Source: Terrimicrobiaceae bacterium (GTDB taxonomy: Bacteria; Verrucomicrobiota; Verrucomicrobiia; Chthoniobacterales; Terrimicrobiaceae). From it: a stretch of 64,000 nt of DNA. Made by a program: the position numbers and the translations under genes. The stretch is from assembly GCA_041752695.1 (NCBI GenBank), contig JBGSVZ010000113.1:32001-96000 (forward strand), given 5' to 3'. Numbering within the stretch: the stretch's first letter is position 1; each line of letters begins with the position of its first letter. Below are positions 55,591 through 64,000 of this stretch, one piece after another. The notes beneath the pieces are model-generated. The model searched no databases. It saw only the letters and a program-made list of their open reading frames with translations, and was not told where the DNA came from.

Positions 55591-56622
55591 TCAATTTTTT
55601 GCAACATCCCTCGATCGCCCGGAAGACGCACGGAGAATCAGTTGCGGCCGGATCAAAACCGGCCGGGACGCAGAGGCCGGCGGGACGTCCAGCAAACGAA
55701 CCGCATTTTCAATCAGCTCGATCACCTGGGGATCAATGGTGCTCAGCCCCGGAGCGGCAAACGGACTGAAGTCGGCGTTGTCGTAACCAATGATCGAGAC
55801 ATCGTCCGGAACCATCCGACCGCCCGCTTGAATGACCCGCATCATGCCAATGGCTACACGGTCATTAATGGCGAGGACGGAGGAAGCCGGGTTGGGCAAT
55901 CTGAGATATTGCGCCCCAAACTGGGTCCCCGCGTCAAAATCACTGGCCGATTCCGCCGGGGTCAAAAGGACGACGTCGCGCTCGAAATTCCAGCCCAGGG
56001 AACGGCAGCCGTCCTTTAATCCAGCGATACGCTGACGGCCGTACGAACTGCTCCCGCAAAAGCCCGCGGCCACAAGTCGACGGTGACCGTCGGCATGCAG
56101 CGCAGCCATCGCCTCGGCAATTCCGCGCCGCCGGTCAGTGGAAACGGATTGTTTCACCCTCGCTTGCAGAGGATCGATGCGCACGTAGGGAATTGCCTGC
56201 GTTTCAAGCATTCGCACTCCCGGGTCGGAATCCCTCATCCGGGAGGCAATCAGGACCACGCCCGCGCAACGCATGGCCGCGAAACGTCCGACGGCCGCGT
56301 TCTCATCCGCCTCGTCCGCGATGACCTGCACCAAAGGGTGCAACCCTTTCCGACGCAGGGCCTCCTGCAACAGACTGATCTTGGTGGTGAGAAAATAGTC
56401 CACCAGATCCGGCAGGCAGATGCCCACGAGATTCGTCCGGCCCGAACGCAGCCCACTGCCCAACAGGCTGGGCGAAAATCCCGCCTGGCGGGCCGCTTCC
56501 GTGATGCGCTCCACCGTTCTGGGGTCCACTCCGGAATGACCATTGAGTGCCCGCGACACCGTCCAGCGCGAGAGCCCGAGCAGTCGCGCAAGCTGGGAGG
56601 TGGAGGAAACCGGGGATTTCAT
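55591..56622 (-). CDS. LacI family transcriptional regulator
   Basis: 'LARLLGLSRWTVSRALNG', 'VPDDVSIIGYD', 'LSTI', 'LILRAS'. Confidence 0.92.
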   Translation of the reverse strand: MKSPVSSTSQLARLLGLSRWTVSRALNGHSGVDPRTVERITEAARQAGFSPSLLGSGLRSGRTNLVGICLPDLVDYFLTTKISLLQEALRRKGLHPLVQVIADEADENAAVGRFAAMRCAGVVLIASRMRDSDPGVRMLETQAIPYVRIDPLQARVKQSVSTDRRRGIAEAMAALHADGHRRLVAAGFCGSSSYGRQRIAGLKDGCRSLGWNFERDVVLLTPAESASDFDAGTQFGAQYLRLPNPASSVLAINDRVAIGMMRVIQAGGRMVPDDVSIIGYDNADFSPFAAPGLSTIDPQVIELIENAVRLLDVPPASASRPVLIRPQLILRASSGRSRDVAKN

Positions 56623-56655
56623 TTGACGCAAAACGTTTCCTCACCTAACACGTGT
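56623..56655. promoter_or_regulatory. Putative LacI-type operators in divergent promoter
   Basis: TTGACG at 56623; CG-centred palindromes AAACGTTT (56631) and ACACGTGT (56648). Confidence 0.5.
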
Positions 56656-56696
56656 GTGGTTATTCTGTCATTTTCTTTTTCTCTCCCACTCGATTT

Positions 56697-57854
56697 ATGA
56701 AGGAACTTCGTCTCGGAATTGTCGGCCTTGGAAACATGGGCCGCACCCACGCAAATGTCATCCTGGCCGGCCAGGTCCCGCGCTGTCGGCTGACGGCGGT
56801 CTGCGATGAAAGTCCTGAGCGGCTGAAGGGATGGGAGAATCTGGCAAACTTCAACACCGCCGCCGAGATCATCGCCTCCGGAGAAGTTGATGCCATCCTC
56901 ATTGCCACGCCGCATTATGCCCACACGACAATTGGAATCGCGGCGCTGCGGGCGGGTCTTCATGTCCTGGTGGAAAAGCCCATCTCGGTGCACAAGGCAG
57001 ACTGCCAGCGACTGATCGCGGCGCACAAATCGAAGAAGCAAGTCTTTGCCGCGATGTTCAACCAGCGGACGGACACATTTTATCAGAAGATCCGCGAACT
57101 GGTCCGCGACGGCACCCTTGGCGACATCCGGCGTGTGACCTGGACAATCACGGATTGGTTTCGCACCGAGGCCTACTACGCGTCGGGTGGATGGCGGGCG
57201 ACCTGGGCAGGCGAGGGTGGCGGGGTGTTATTAAATCAATGTCCGCACAATCTCGACCTCTACCAATGGATCTTTGGCATGCCGGACAAGGTGCGGGGAT
57301 TCTGTCAGATCGGCCGACACCACGACATTGAAGTCGAGGACGATGTGACGGCGTATTTTGAATACAAAAACGGCATGACCGCCGTCTTCATCACCTCCAC
57401 TGGAGAGGCCCCCGGAGCCAACCGCCTGGAGATCACCGGTGAGAATGGCCGTCTGGTGTATGAACAAGGCACTCTGGCTTTTGTCCGAAACGAGGTGCCC
57501 ATGACCAAGTTCAGCCGCACGACCACGGAAAGTTTCAGCCGTCCTCCGGTCTGGAACGTGGAGATTCCGCTGCAACAGAAGGGGGAGCAGCATTTGGGCA
57601 TCATGAAAAACTTCACCAACGCCGTATTGGACGGGGAAAAGCTCATTGCCCCTGCGGCCGAAGGCATCCACTCCGTCGAACTTGGCAACGCCATCCTGCT
57701 CTCCTCGCTGGAAGGAAAAACCGTGGAGATGCCCATGTCCGCGCCCAAATACGAGGCGCGGCTGAAGAAGCTCATCACCACGTCCCGCTTCAAAAAGAAG
57801 GTCGTCAAAAAAGCCGGGCCAGCCACCGATTTTTCCCAATCCTTTGCGCGCTAA
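56697..57854 (+). CDS. Gfo/Idh/MocA family oxidoreductase
   Basis: 'GIVGLGNMG', 'ATPH', 'VEKP', 'GGGVLLNQCPH'. Confidence 0.92.
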   Translation: MKELRLGIVGLGNMGRTHANVILAGQVPRCRLTAVCDESPERLKGWENLANFNTAAEIIASGEVDAILIATPHYAHTTIGIAALRAGLHVLVEKPISVHKADCQRLIAAHKSKKQVFAAMFNQRTDTFYQKIRELVRDGTLGDIRRVTWTITDWFRTEAYYASGGWRATWAGEGGGVLLNQCPHNLDLYQWIFGMPDKVRGFCQIGRHHDIEVEDDVTAYFEYKNGMTAVFITSTGEAPGANRLEITGENGRLVYEQGTLAFVRNEVPMTKFSRTTTESFSRPPVWNVEIPLQQKGEQHLGIMKNFTNAVLDGEKLIAPAAEGIHSVELGNAILLSSLEGKTVEMPMSAPKYEARLKKLITTSRFKKKVVKKAGPATDFSQSFAR

Positions 57855-57893
57855 GCTTGTCGCGCGTCATTGCGAGTCGCAAGCTGCCTGTCC

Positions 57894-59066
57894 ATGAAAT
57901 CCCCCACCCTCGTTGGTCCGGTTCGTCTGGGAATCGTGGGCTTGGGGGCAATGGGTTCCCATCACGCGCGCACGGTGCAGGAGGGGCTGGTGCCCGGCGG
58001 TGAACTCGCCGCAGTCTGCGACCTCGATCCCTCGTGTCTGGAGCCCTTCGAGGGCATCCCGGCTTTTTCCTCCGACAAGGCTTTGTTCCGCTCTGGGGCG
58101 GTCGATGCGGTCCTCATTGCCACGCCGCATTTTGCTCACACGACCATCGGCATCGCCGCTTTGAAGGCAGGGCTGCACGTGCTAGTGGAGAAACCCATTT
58201 CCGTCCATCTGGCCGACGCCGTGCGGCTGGTCAGGGCACACACCGATCCTAAGCAGGTTTTTGCCGCAATGTTTAACCAGCGCACCGACCCCGCGTTCCA
58301 GAAGATCCGCGGCATAGTCCACGGGGGGGAATTGGGGACGGTGCGACGGATCCAGTGGACCATCACCGACTGGTTCCGAAGTCAGGCTTATTATGACTCG
58401 GGAGGTTGGAGGGCAACCTGGGCCGGGGAAGGCGGAGGAGTCTTGCTCAATCAAGGGGTCCACAACATTGACCTCCTCCACTGGATTTTCGGTCCCCCGC
58501 AGCGTGTGCGGGCCATTTGCAAACTGGGCGCACACCATGAGATCGAAGTCGAGGACGACGTGAGCGCCCTCTGGGAATATCCCGGCGGGGCCACAGGCGT
58601 CTTTGTCACCTCGACCGGTGAAGCCCCGGGGATCAACCGCCTGGAAATCTCCGGAGAACGCGGACGTCTGACATTCGAAAAGGGACGGCTCTCTTTCCTG
58701 CGCAACGAAGTCGAAACCCGCGGCTACAGCGACACCACACCCGAGGCTTATCAGCCGCCGGGGTGTTGGGAGGTGGAAATTCCGGTCCAACGAGACCTGC
58801 CACCTGGCGGCCAGCACGGAGCCATCCTCCGGAATTTTGTCAATGCCATCCGCACCGGTGAGCCGCTCGTCGCGCCCGCGGCGGAAGGACTCGGATCGGT
58901 CGAACTCATCAATGCCATGCTGCTCTCTGCCGCTGAGGACCGCACGGTGACTCTCCCGCTTTCGGCCGCGCGCTACACCACATTTTTGCGCAAGCGCATT
59001 GCCGAATCCCAAACAAAAAAACGTGTGGTTCCCTACCGCGGAGCCGTCGGAAACTACCTCACCTAA
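57894..59066 (+). CDS. Gfo/Idh/MocA family oxidoreductase (tandem paralogue)
   Basis: 'GIVGLGAMG', 'VEKP', 'GGGVLLNQGVH'. Confidence 0.92.
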   Translation: MKSPTLVGPVRLGIVGLGAMGSHHARTVQEGLVPGGELAAVCDLDPSCLEPFEGIPAFSSDKALFRSGAVDAVLIATPHFAHTTIGIAALKAGLHVLVEKPISVHLADAVRLVRAHTDPKQVFAAMFNQRTDPAFQKIRGIVHGGELGTVRRIQWTITDWFRSQAYYDSGGWRATWAGEGGGVLLNQGVHNIDLLHWIFGPPQRVRAICKLGAHHEIEVEDDVSALWEYPGGATGVFVTSTGEAPGINRLEISGERGRLTFEKGRLSFLRNEVETRGYSDTTPEAYQPPGCWEVEIPVQRDLPPGGQHGAILRNFVNAIRTGEPLVAPAAEGLGSVELINAMLLSAAEDRTVTLPLSAARYTTFLRKRIAESQTKKRVVPYRGAVGNYLT

Positions 59067-59072
59067 ACACCC

Positions 59073-59843
59073 ATGAAACTGAATCAAGTTGCCGCCCAAC
59101 TTTATACCTGCCGGGATCTTCTCAAGACTCCCTCCGAGATCGCCACCACCCTGCGCCGCCTTCGCGAGGTGGGTTACACCGCCGTCCAAGTCAGCGGCAT
59201 GGGCCCCATCCCCGAGGAAGAACTCAACACCATTCTCGATGGCGAAGGCCTGGTATGCTGCGCCACCCACGAGGGTTCCGACCTCATCCTCAACGATACC
59301 CCCAAGGTCATTGAGCGCCTGCAAAAACTCCATTGCGCTTACACCGCGTATCCGTTCCCCGCGGGCATAAACCTGAATAGCGAGGCTGAAGTGGACGGCC
59401 TCATTGCCAAACTGGACGCCGCCGGTGCCGCCATGGCCGCCGCCGGAATGACGCTTTGTTATCACAATCACAACCACGAGCTCCGCAAGCTCGGCGGCAA
59501 GACCATCCTCGATCGCATCTACGACAACACCAATCCCCGGCACCTCCAGGGCGAGCCCGATACGTTTTGGATTCACTATGGGGGAGCCGAAAATGTGGAG
59601 TGGTGCGAAAAACTGGCAGGCCGCCTGCCCCTCATTCATCTCAAGGACTATGAAACGACTCCGGAAAACACCCACGCCCTCTGCGAAATCGGCAAAGGCA
59701 ACTTGAATTTCCCAAAAATCATCGCGGCCGCCGAGCAGTCCGGCTGCCAATGGTTCATCGTCGAACAGGACACCTGTCCCGGCGACCCGGTCGATTCCCT
59801 GCGTCAGAGTTTCGAATACATTAAAGCCAACCTCATTAGCTAA
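59073..59843 (+). CDS. Sugar phosphate isomerase/epimerase (xylose isomerase-like TIM barrel)
   Basis: 'AQLYT', 'YHNHNHE', 'EPDTFW', 'IHLKD', 'VEQD'. Confidence 0.9.
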   Translation: MKLNQVAAQLYTCRDLLKTPSEIATTLRRLREVGYTAVQVSGMGPIPEEELNTILDGEGLVCCATHEGSDLILNDTPKVIERLQKLHCAYTAYPFPAGINLNSEAEVDGLIAKLDAAGAAMAAAGMTLCYHNHNHELRKLGGKTILDRIYDNTNPRHLQGEPDTFWIHYGGAENVEWCEKLAGRLPLIHLKDYETTPENTHALCEIGKGNLNFPKIIAAAEQSGCQWFIVEQDTCPGDPVDSLRQSFEYIKANLIS

Positions 59844-59849
59844 CACGCC

Positions 59850-60929
59850 ATGTCAAAATCCGACGGAATGAACTATGCCCCACAGGGCAAACCGGCGCCG
59901 GTTTGCCAGACGGGGGACTTTGTCTTCGCCGCCACCCACCTCGACCACGGCCACATCAATGGGCAGTGCAATGGCCTGATCGAAGCCGGCGGGCAGCTCC
60001 GCTGGGTCTATGATGCCGACCCCGAGCGTCTGGCCAATTTTTGCCGCAACTATCCCGGTGCAAAACCCGCGCCCAGCCTGGAGGCCATCCTGGACGATCC
60101 GGCTGTTCAACTCGTCGCCGCCGCCGCCATTCCCAATCTGCGCGGTGCGCTGGGTTGCCGCGTGATGGAAGCGGGCAAAGACTACTTCACCGATAAAACC
60201 CCCTTCACGACCCTCGCCCAACTCGCCACCGCAAGGGAAACCGCCGCCCGCACCGGGAAGAAATACATGGTCTATTACAGCGAACGGCTGCACGTGGAAT
60301 GCGCCGTCATGGCCGGCCAGCTTGTCGAACAAGGTGCCATCGGCCGCGTGGTCCAGACCATGGGCACCGGACCACATCGCCTGAACGCCCCCTCACGTCC
60401 GGCGTGGTTTTTCGACCCTGCCCAATACGGGGGCATCCTTTGCGACATCGGCAGCCATCAGAGCGAACAGTTCCTTCATTTCACCGGGGCAAAAGACGCG
60501 ACGGTCAATTTTGCCGCCGTGGCCAATTTCGCGAACCCCGCCCATCCCGGACTGGAGGATTTCGGCGAAGCTTCGCTCACCGCCGACAACGGGGCTTCCG
60601 GGTATTACCGCGTGGACTGGTTCACCCCGGACGGCCTGCGTTCCTGGGGCGACGGACGGACGGTCATCCTCGGCACCAAGGGATACATCGAACTTCGCAA
60701 ATACATCCAGGTCGGGGCGGAAGATCCGCAAGGGGAACACCTCTACCTTGTGGATGGCGAAAAAGAACACCACATCCCCTGCGCTGGCAGAGTCGGGTAT
60801 CCGTTCTTTGGCCAGTTGATTCTCGACTGCCTCAATCGCACGGAAACTGCCATGACCCAAGCGCATGCCTTCAAGGCCGCCGAGCTTTGCCTCCAGGCCC
60901 AGACCATGGCCCGAGTGCTGAAATCCTAG
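59850..60929 (+). CDS. Gfo/Idh/MocA family oxidoreductase (divergent type)
   Basis: 'LDHGHI', 'FTDK', 'YSERLH', 'YGGILCDIGSHQ', 'WGDGR'. Confidence 0.85.
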   Translation: MSKSDGMNYAPQGKPAPVCQTGDFVFAATHLDHGHINGQCNGLIEAGGQLRWVYDADPERLANFCRNYPGAKPAPSLEAILDDPAVQLVAAAAIPNLRGALGCRVMEAGKDYFTDKTPFTTLAQLATARETAARTGKKYMVYYSERLHVECAVMAGQLVEQGAIGRVVQTMGTGPHRLNAPSRPAWFFDPAQYGGILCDIGSHQSEQFLHFTGAKDATVNFAAVANFANPAHPGLEDFGEASLTADNGASGYYRVDWFTPDGLRSWGDGRTVILGTKGYIELRKYIQVGAEDPQGEHLYLVDGEKEHHIPCAGRVGYPFFGQLILDCLNRTETAMTQAHAFKAAELCLQAQTMARVLKS

Positions 60930-62455
60930 AGGCGCCCCAGGACCTTGGCCAGACGGTGGATGGTCCACGCGGCCATGCTGAAATCTTCAAAAAGCGCGGT
61001 GTCGGTCAGCGACTCGGAGGAGAGCTCGTTTTGCACCGCCATCAGGGCCTCTCCCTTCAGGCGCGTGCTGGCGTGCAATTCGGTCAGCACAGCGGGATCG
61101 GCGTGCTCCGCCGCGCGGGTCGCTAGAGCGAGAAGCGCATTCAGCTTTTCCCGCAGGAGGGGCGGCCCGGTCTGTCGGTGGAATGCTTCGGAAAAATAGC
61201 GCACGCCCTCCTCAATGTGACGGATGATGCTCAATTCCACCCGCCGCAGATGCAGTCGCGAGGCCAGCCGGGCATCGAGCGTATTGCGCGAGGCGAGTTT
61301 CGCTGCAAAGTCTTCGATGGCCAGTGCGAGCTTTTCGAAAGCGGGTGGAGAAGCCTCCGAGTCGACTCTTTTCTCCGGGGGATTTTCCGGCACGTTGACC
61401 GTCCCCAACAACCGGGCGAGCTCCCGCTCCATCAGATCGAGCGCGCTGGAGGGATCATCGAGCGCGTGGGATCGAAGATAGCGCGGCCGGGCGGGATCAT
61501 CCGCCAGCTCGCGGTCCGGCCAGAAACGCAGCAACAGGGCCTCGGTTCTTCCCGGAGCCAGCGAAAGCAACAGGGCCGGCAGAAGATTGGAGAGGAGAAA
61601 AACCACCGCCAATTGCGTCGCCATCGACGCGGGCAAAGCCCCGACTCCCGCCGCGACGAGCGGAACCCCCGCCTGCTCCACGGCATAAAGCGCCACCATG
61701 ACCACGCCGCTCACAACACAAAAAAAGTCCTCCAGCCGCACCAACCGGAGCTGCGCCCCCCTCAAACCCGAGGCGAGAAACCAACGTAGTCCGATCGCTC
61801 CGAGGTTGGTTCCGTAAATCAGCAGCATGGCGGGGGTCAGGCCAATTAACCCGCCCGTGGCAAAGGTGATGACGAGCATCGCCGCGCCGGTGTTGGATTG
61901 GAGGAGGGCGGCCGCCGCGATCCCTGCCAGAAACGTCCAGACCGGAGAAGAGAGGGCAGCATTGAGCGCCTCGCGAAACCACGCGGCATCTTTCAGCGGA
62001 GCAGCCCCCTGCCCCATCTGCTCCAGGCCGACCAAAATCAACCCCATTCCCAGCAACGCACCCGCCAGCGTCTGCCAGAACGGAATGCGGATGGTTCCCA
62101 AGACGATGCCAGCACCGCCGACGACAAAAGCCACCAGCGGATGGATGTTCAACGTCGCAATAAAGGCCAGCGAAGTGAGCCCGACATTGCACCAGATCAC
62201 AATCGGGGCCGCGGCCCGCGGCTTGAGCAAGCCGGTATCGGTCATGCTAACCAGAATAAAGGTCACCGCCGTGGCGCTCTGCATCAGGGCCCCGGCCACG
62301 AAACCCAACACGCCCCCGGCCAGTGGAGAATGGGTCCCCTGTTTGATCAGCGTGCGGAAGCCCGATCCACTAAGCCGACGAAGATTTTCTCCGACAAGCC
62401 GCAGACCGAGAAAAAACAGCCCAAGTCCGAAAATGAGGCCGTTGAGCGGAGACAT
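60926..62455 (-). CDS. Na+/Pi cotransporter family protein
   Basis: Duplicated membrane repeats 'LMQSATAVT..NVG' and 'LLQSNTGA..GTNLG'. Confidence 0.82.
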   Translation of the reverse strand: MSPLNGLIFGLGLFFLGLRLVGENLRRLSGSGFRTLIKQGTHSPLAGGVLGFVAGALMQSATAVTFILVSMTDTGLLKPRAAAPIVIWCNVGLTSLAFIATLNIHPLVAFVVGGAGIVLGTIRIPFWQTLAGALLGMGLILVGLEQMGQGAAPLKDAAWFREALNAALSSPVWTFLAGIAAAALLQSNTGAAMLVITFATGGLIGLTPAMLLIYGTNLGAIGLRWFLASGLRGAQLRLVRLEDFFCVVSGVVMVALYAVEQAGVPLVAAGVGALPASMATQLAVVFLLSNLLPALLLSLAPGRTEALLLRFWPDRELADDPARPRYLRSHALDDPSSALDLMERELARLLGTVNVPENPPEKRVDSEASPPAFEKLALAIEDFAAKLASRNTLDARLASRLHLRRVELSIIRHIEEGVRYFSEAFHRQTGPPLLREKLNALLALATRAAEHADPAVLTELHASTRLKGEALMAVQNELSSESLTDTALFEDFSMAAWTIHRLAKVLGRL

Positions 62456-62481
62456 CCAGGCAATCCGGGGTCAGCCCGCTT

Positions 62482-63144
62482 TCACGGAACGACAAAATCC
62501 GGGTTCACCAGCCACATTTCGGGCTCGTAGGAATTGGTGGTCAAAAACTTGGCCGATCCGTCGGCGAACAAATACACCGATCCGTTGCCGTACAGTTTCA
62601 AGTCGAGGACATCCTGATGGTTGCCGTTCGTCCCCTCCAACATATCCATATAAAAATGGCCACTGCCCGGCCGCGGGGTGCCCAGCAAAATCACACTTCC
62701 CGGGCGATCGAGCTGGTTGATCCGAACCTCAGCCGCGGCATTGGTGAACGCTCCAATGTCGTTGTAACCGTTCATGATATAGCTGGTGTTGTTCTTCGCA
62801 TCGTCGAGCGGATCCAGCTTCCGAAAAATATAATTACTCCGATCTCCCACCGCCGCATAAACGCGCACGTCGCCCAGGTAGTCTCCGATCAGGCGGGGCC
62901 ATTTCGCGCCGTCGTTGGTGCCCTGCACCCGCCGGGGCAGCCGCATTTCGTTTTCCCCGGCATAGGTAAAAAACGCCGCTCCGATCTGCCGCAGATTGCT
63001 AAGCGAGGCCGTCCTCTGGGAATAGAGTTTCAAGTTTTGCCAGTTCGCCGCCACCGTCACGGCGAGCACCCCGATGATGGCAATGACGACCAGAAGCTCG
63101 ATCAGCGTGAAGCCACGCCAGCTGCGTTGCAGGGAAGTCTTCAC
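62482..63144 (-). CDS. Prepilin-type N-terminal cleavage/methylation protein (H-X9-DG-type C-terminus)
   Basis: 'RGFTLIELLVVIAIIGVL', 'SNLRQIG', 'SYIMN', 'YLFADGS'. Confidence 0.88.
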   Translation of the reverse strand: MKTSLQRSWRGFTLIELLVVIAIIGVLAVTVAANWQNLKLYSQRTASLSNLRQIGAAFFTYAGENEMRLPRRVQGTNDGAKWPRLIGDYLGDVRVYAAVGDRSNYIFRKLDPLDDAKNNTSYIMNGYNDIGAFTNAAAEVRINQLDRPGSVILLGTPRPGSGHFYMDMLEGTNGNHQDVLDLKLYGNGSVYLFADGSAKFLTTNSYEPEMWLVNPDFVVP

Positions 63145-63156
63145 GGCCTCGTTTCC

Positions 63157-63582
63157 CTACAAACTTCCCACGTAGATCGCCGTGTGAGGGCCGAACCGCG
63201 CCGGCACGCCCTTCGCAGGCGGGGTCACCACGATATACCCGTCCATGCCGACAATCTTCGCCGTCTTCGCATCCCAGATCACCACACAGAGGGCCGTTTC
63301 GGGGGCGGGAATTTTTCCGCCCAGGGAAGCGACCTGCTCCGGATTCAGGCCGAGGGTCTTGACCGCGAGTTGAGGCGAAGTGGACTTGAGAAACTGGGTG
63401 CGTTTCTCCTCGCTCCAGCGCTCGTAAATGGATGCCCCCCGGTGTTTGCCCAGGAGAAGCTGCTCTGCCGAGGCCGTCACCGTCGTCACCGCGGAATCCA
63501 CTACCACCGGCTTTTCGGGAGTCGCACATCCCGCCATCAGAATCGCCCCGGCCAGGAGAAACGCGCGAACGGTCGCTTTCAT
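63157..63582 (-). CDS. Hypothetical lipoprotein
   Basis: Start reset to MKATVRAFLLAGAILMAGC (lipobox). Confidence 0.7.
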   Translation of the reverse strand: MKATVRAFLLAGAILMAGCATPEKPVVVDSAVTTVTASAEQLLLGKHRGASIYERWSEEKRTQFLKSTSPQLAVKTLGLNPEQVASLGGKIPAPETALCVVIWDAKTAKIVGMDGYIVVTPPAKGVPARFGPHTAIYVGSL

Positions 63583-64000
63583 CAAAATGTTCCCACGTAT
63601 TGGGCGGAGTAGGTGTCGAACCGCACATCCGCCCCGGGCGTCGGGAGCTTCAAGACGGCGTAACAATCGGTCCCCACCACCTCCCGCGTTTGAGTGTCCC
63701 AGATCATCACACAATACACCTTCTTCGGAGCGCTGGGCGTCGTCGCGCCATACGGGCCCGACGCGGCCGCCGGTTTTGCCATTTCGCGGCGAATCTCAAC
63801 CATCTGCGCCGGCGTGGGATCTTCGGTGCGCACCGCCAGATACCGCGTCCCCGAGTCCTTCAGAGTCTTCTTTTTTTCGGTCGGCATCTTTTCGTAAGCC
63901 TCGGAAGCCCGCCGGTCCGCCACCTGGATCTGCCTCGTCGTGGCGCGGTAAACCCCCACCGCCCAATCCCCGGCAAAACTCCACAATTTTCCCGCGGTCG
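63582..64000 (-). CDS. Hypothetical protein, paralogue of the downstream lipoprotein (start may lie beyond the window)
   Basis: Shares 'CV.IWD..T...VG...Y.V...P..G...RF....A.YVG' with 63157-63582. Confidence 0.65.
   Translation of the reverse strand, partial: TAGKLWSFAGDWAVGVYRATTRQIQVADRRASEAYEKMPTEKKKTLKDSGTRYLAVRTEDPTPAQMVEIRREMAKPAAASGPYGATTPSAPKKVYCVMIWDTQTREVVGTDCYAVLKLPTPGADVRFDTYSAQYVGTF

Noticed and set aside
58182..59846. 554-aa minus-strand ORF and similar long antisense ORFs (e.g. 54049-55389, 26689-27876, 35889-37007)
   Set aside because: Shadow frames opposite well-supported genes, expected in GC-rich DNA
1..64000. CRISPR array, rRNA, IS transposase or integron attC array
   Set aside because: None seen by eye; short or degenerate examples could have been missed

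Overview
Bacterial chromosomal window, probably Verrucomicrobia/PVC. This is inferred from a planctomycete-type cytochrome c domain, a prepilin/H-X9-DG-type protein and an 'RFLRLRV' C-terminal domain. It has three parts. (1) 1-9.2 kb: a sugar-utilisation locus with a divergent XylR-like regulator, a fused solute-binding/permease ABC protein, a second permease with a large insert, GH4, GH28 and a secreted three-repeat protein. (2) About 9.78-31.3 kb: a mosaic, partly deleted genomic island. Its left end is the 3' half of an initiator tRNA-Met followed by a tyrosine integrase. Its right end is an excisionase-like gene plus a 3' fragment of a different tRNA (Cys-like). Cargo includes DUF5131, DUF932, a metallophosphoesterase fusion, two ankyrin proteins, LysR and a truncated BREX-like operon. 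It also carries the best candidate for a new system: a compact six-gene operon (ARPP-1/DUF6569-like, two conserved unknowns, CX5R phosphatase, unknown, RtcB) that looks like an RNA/nucleotide end-healing and sealing module. (3) 31.5-64 kb: core-like genes (ExbBD/TonB-like, NUDIX, DEAD helicase, amidase, hisF, Fur, MYG1, hemB), a large secreted propeller-PA14-PKD-cytochrome c protein, a five-gene Tat-exported molybdoenzyme operon, a divergent STAS pair and a second LacI-controlled sugar ABC/oxidoreductase cluster. No CRISPR array, rRNA or complete tRNA was seen. All family calls come from reading motifs by eye, not from database searches.
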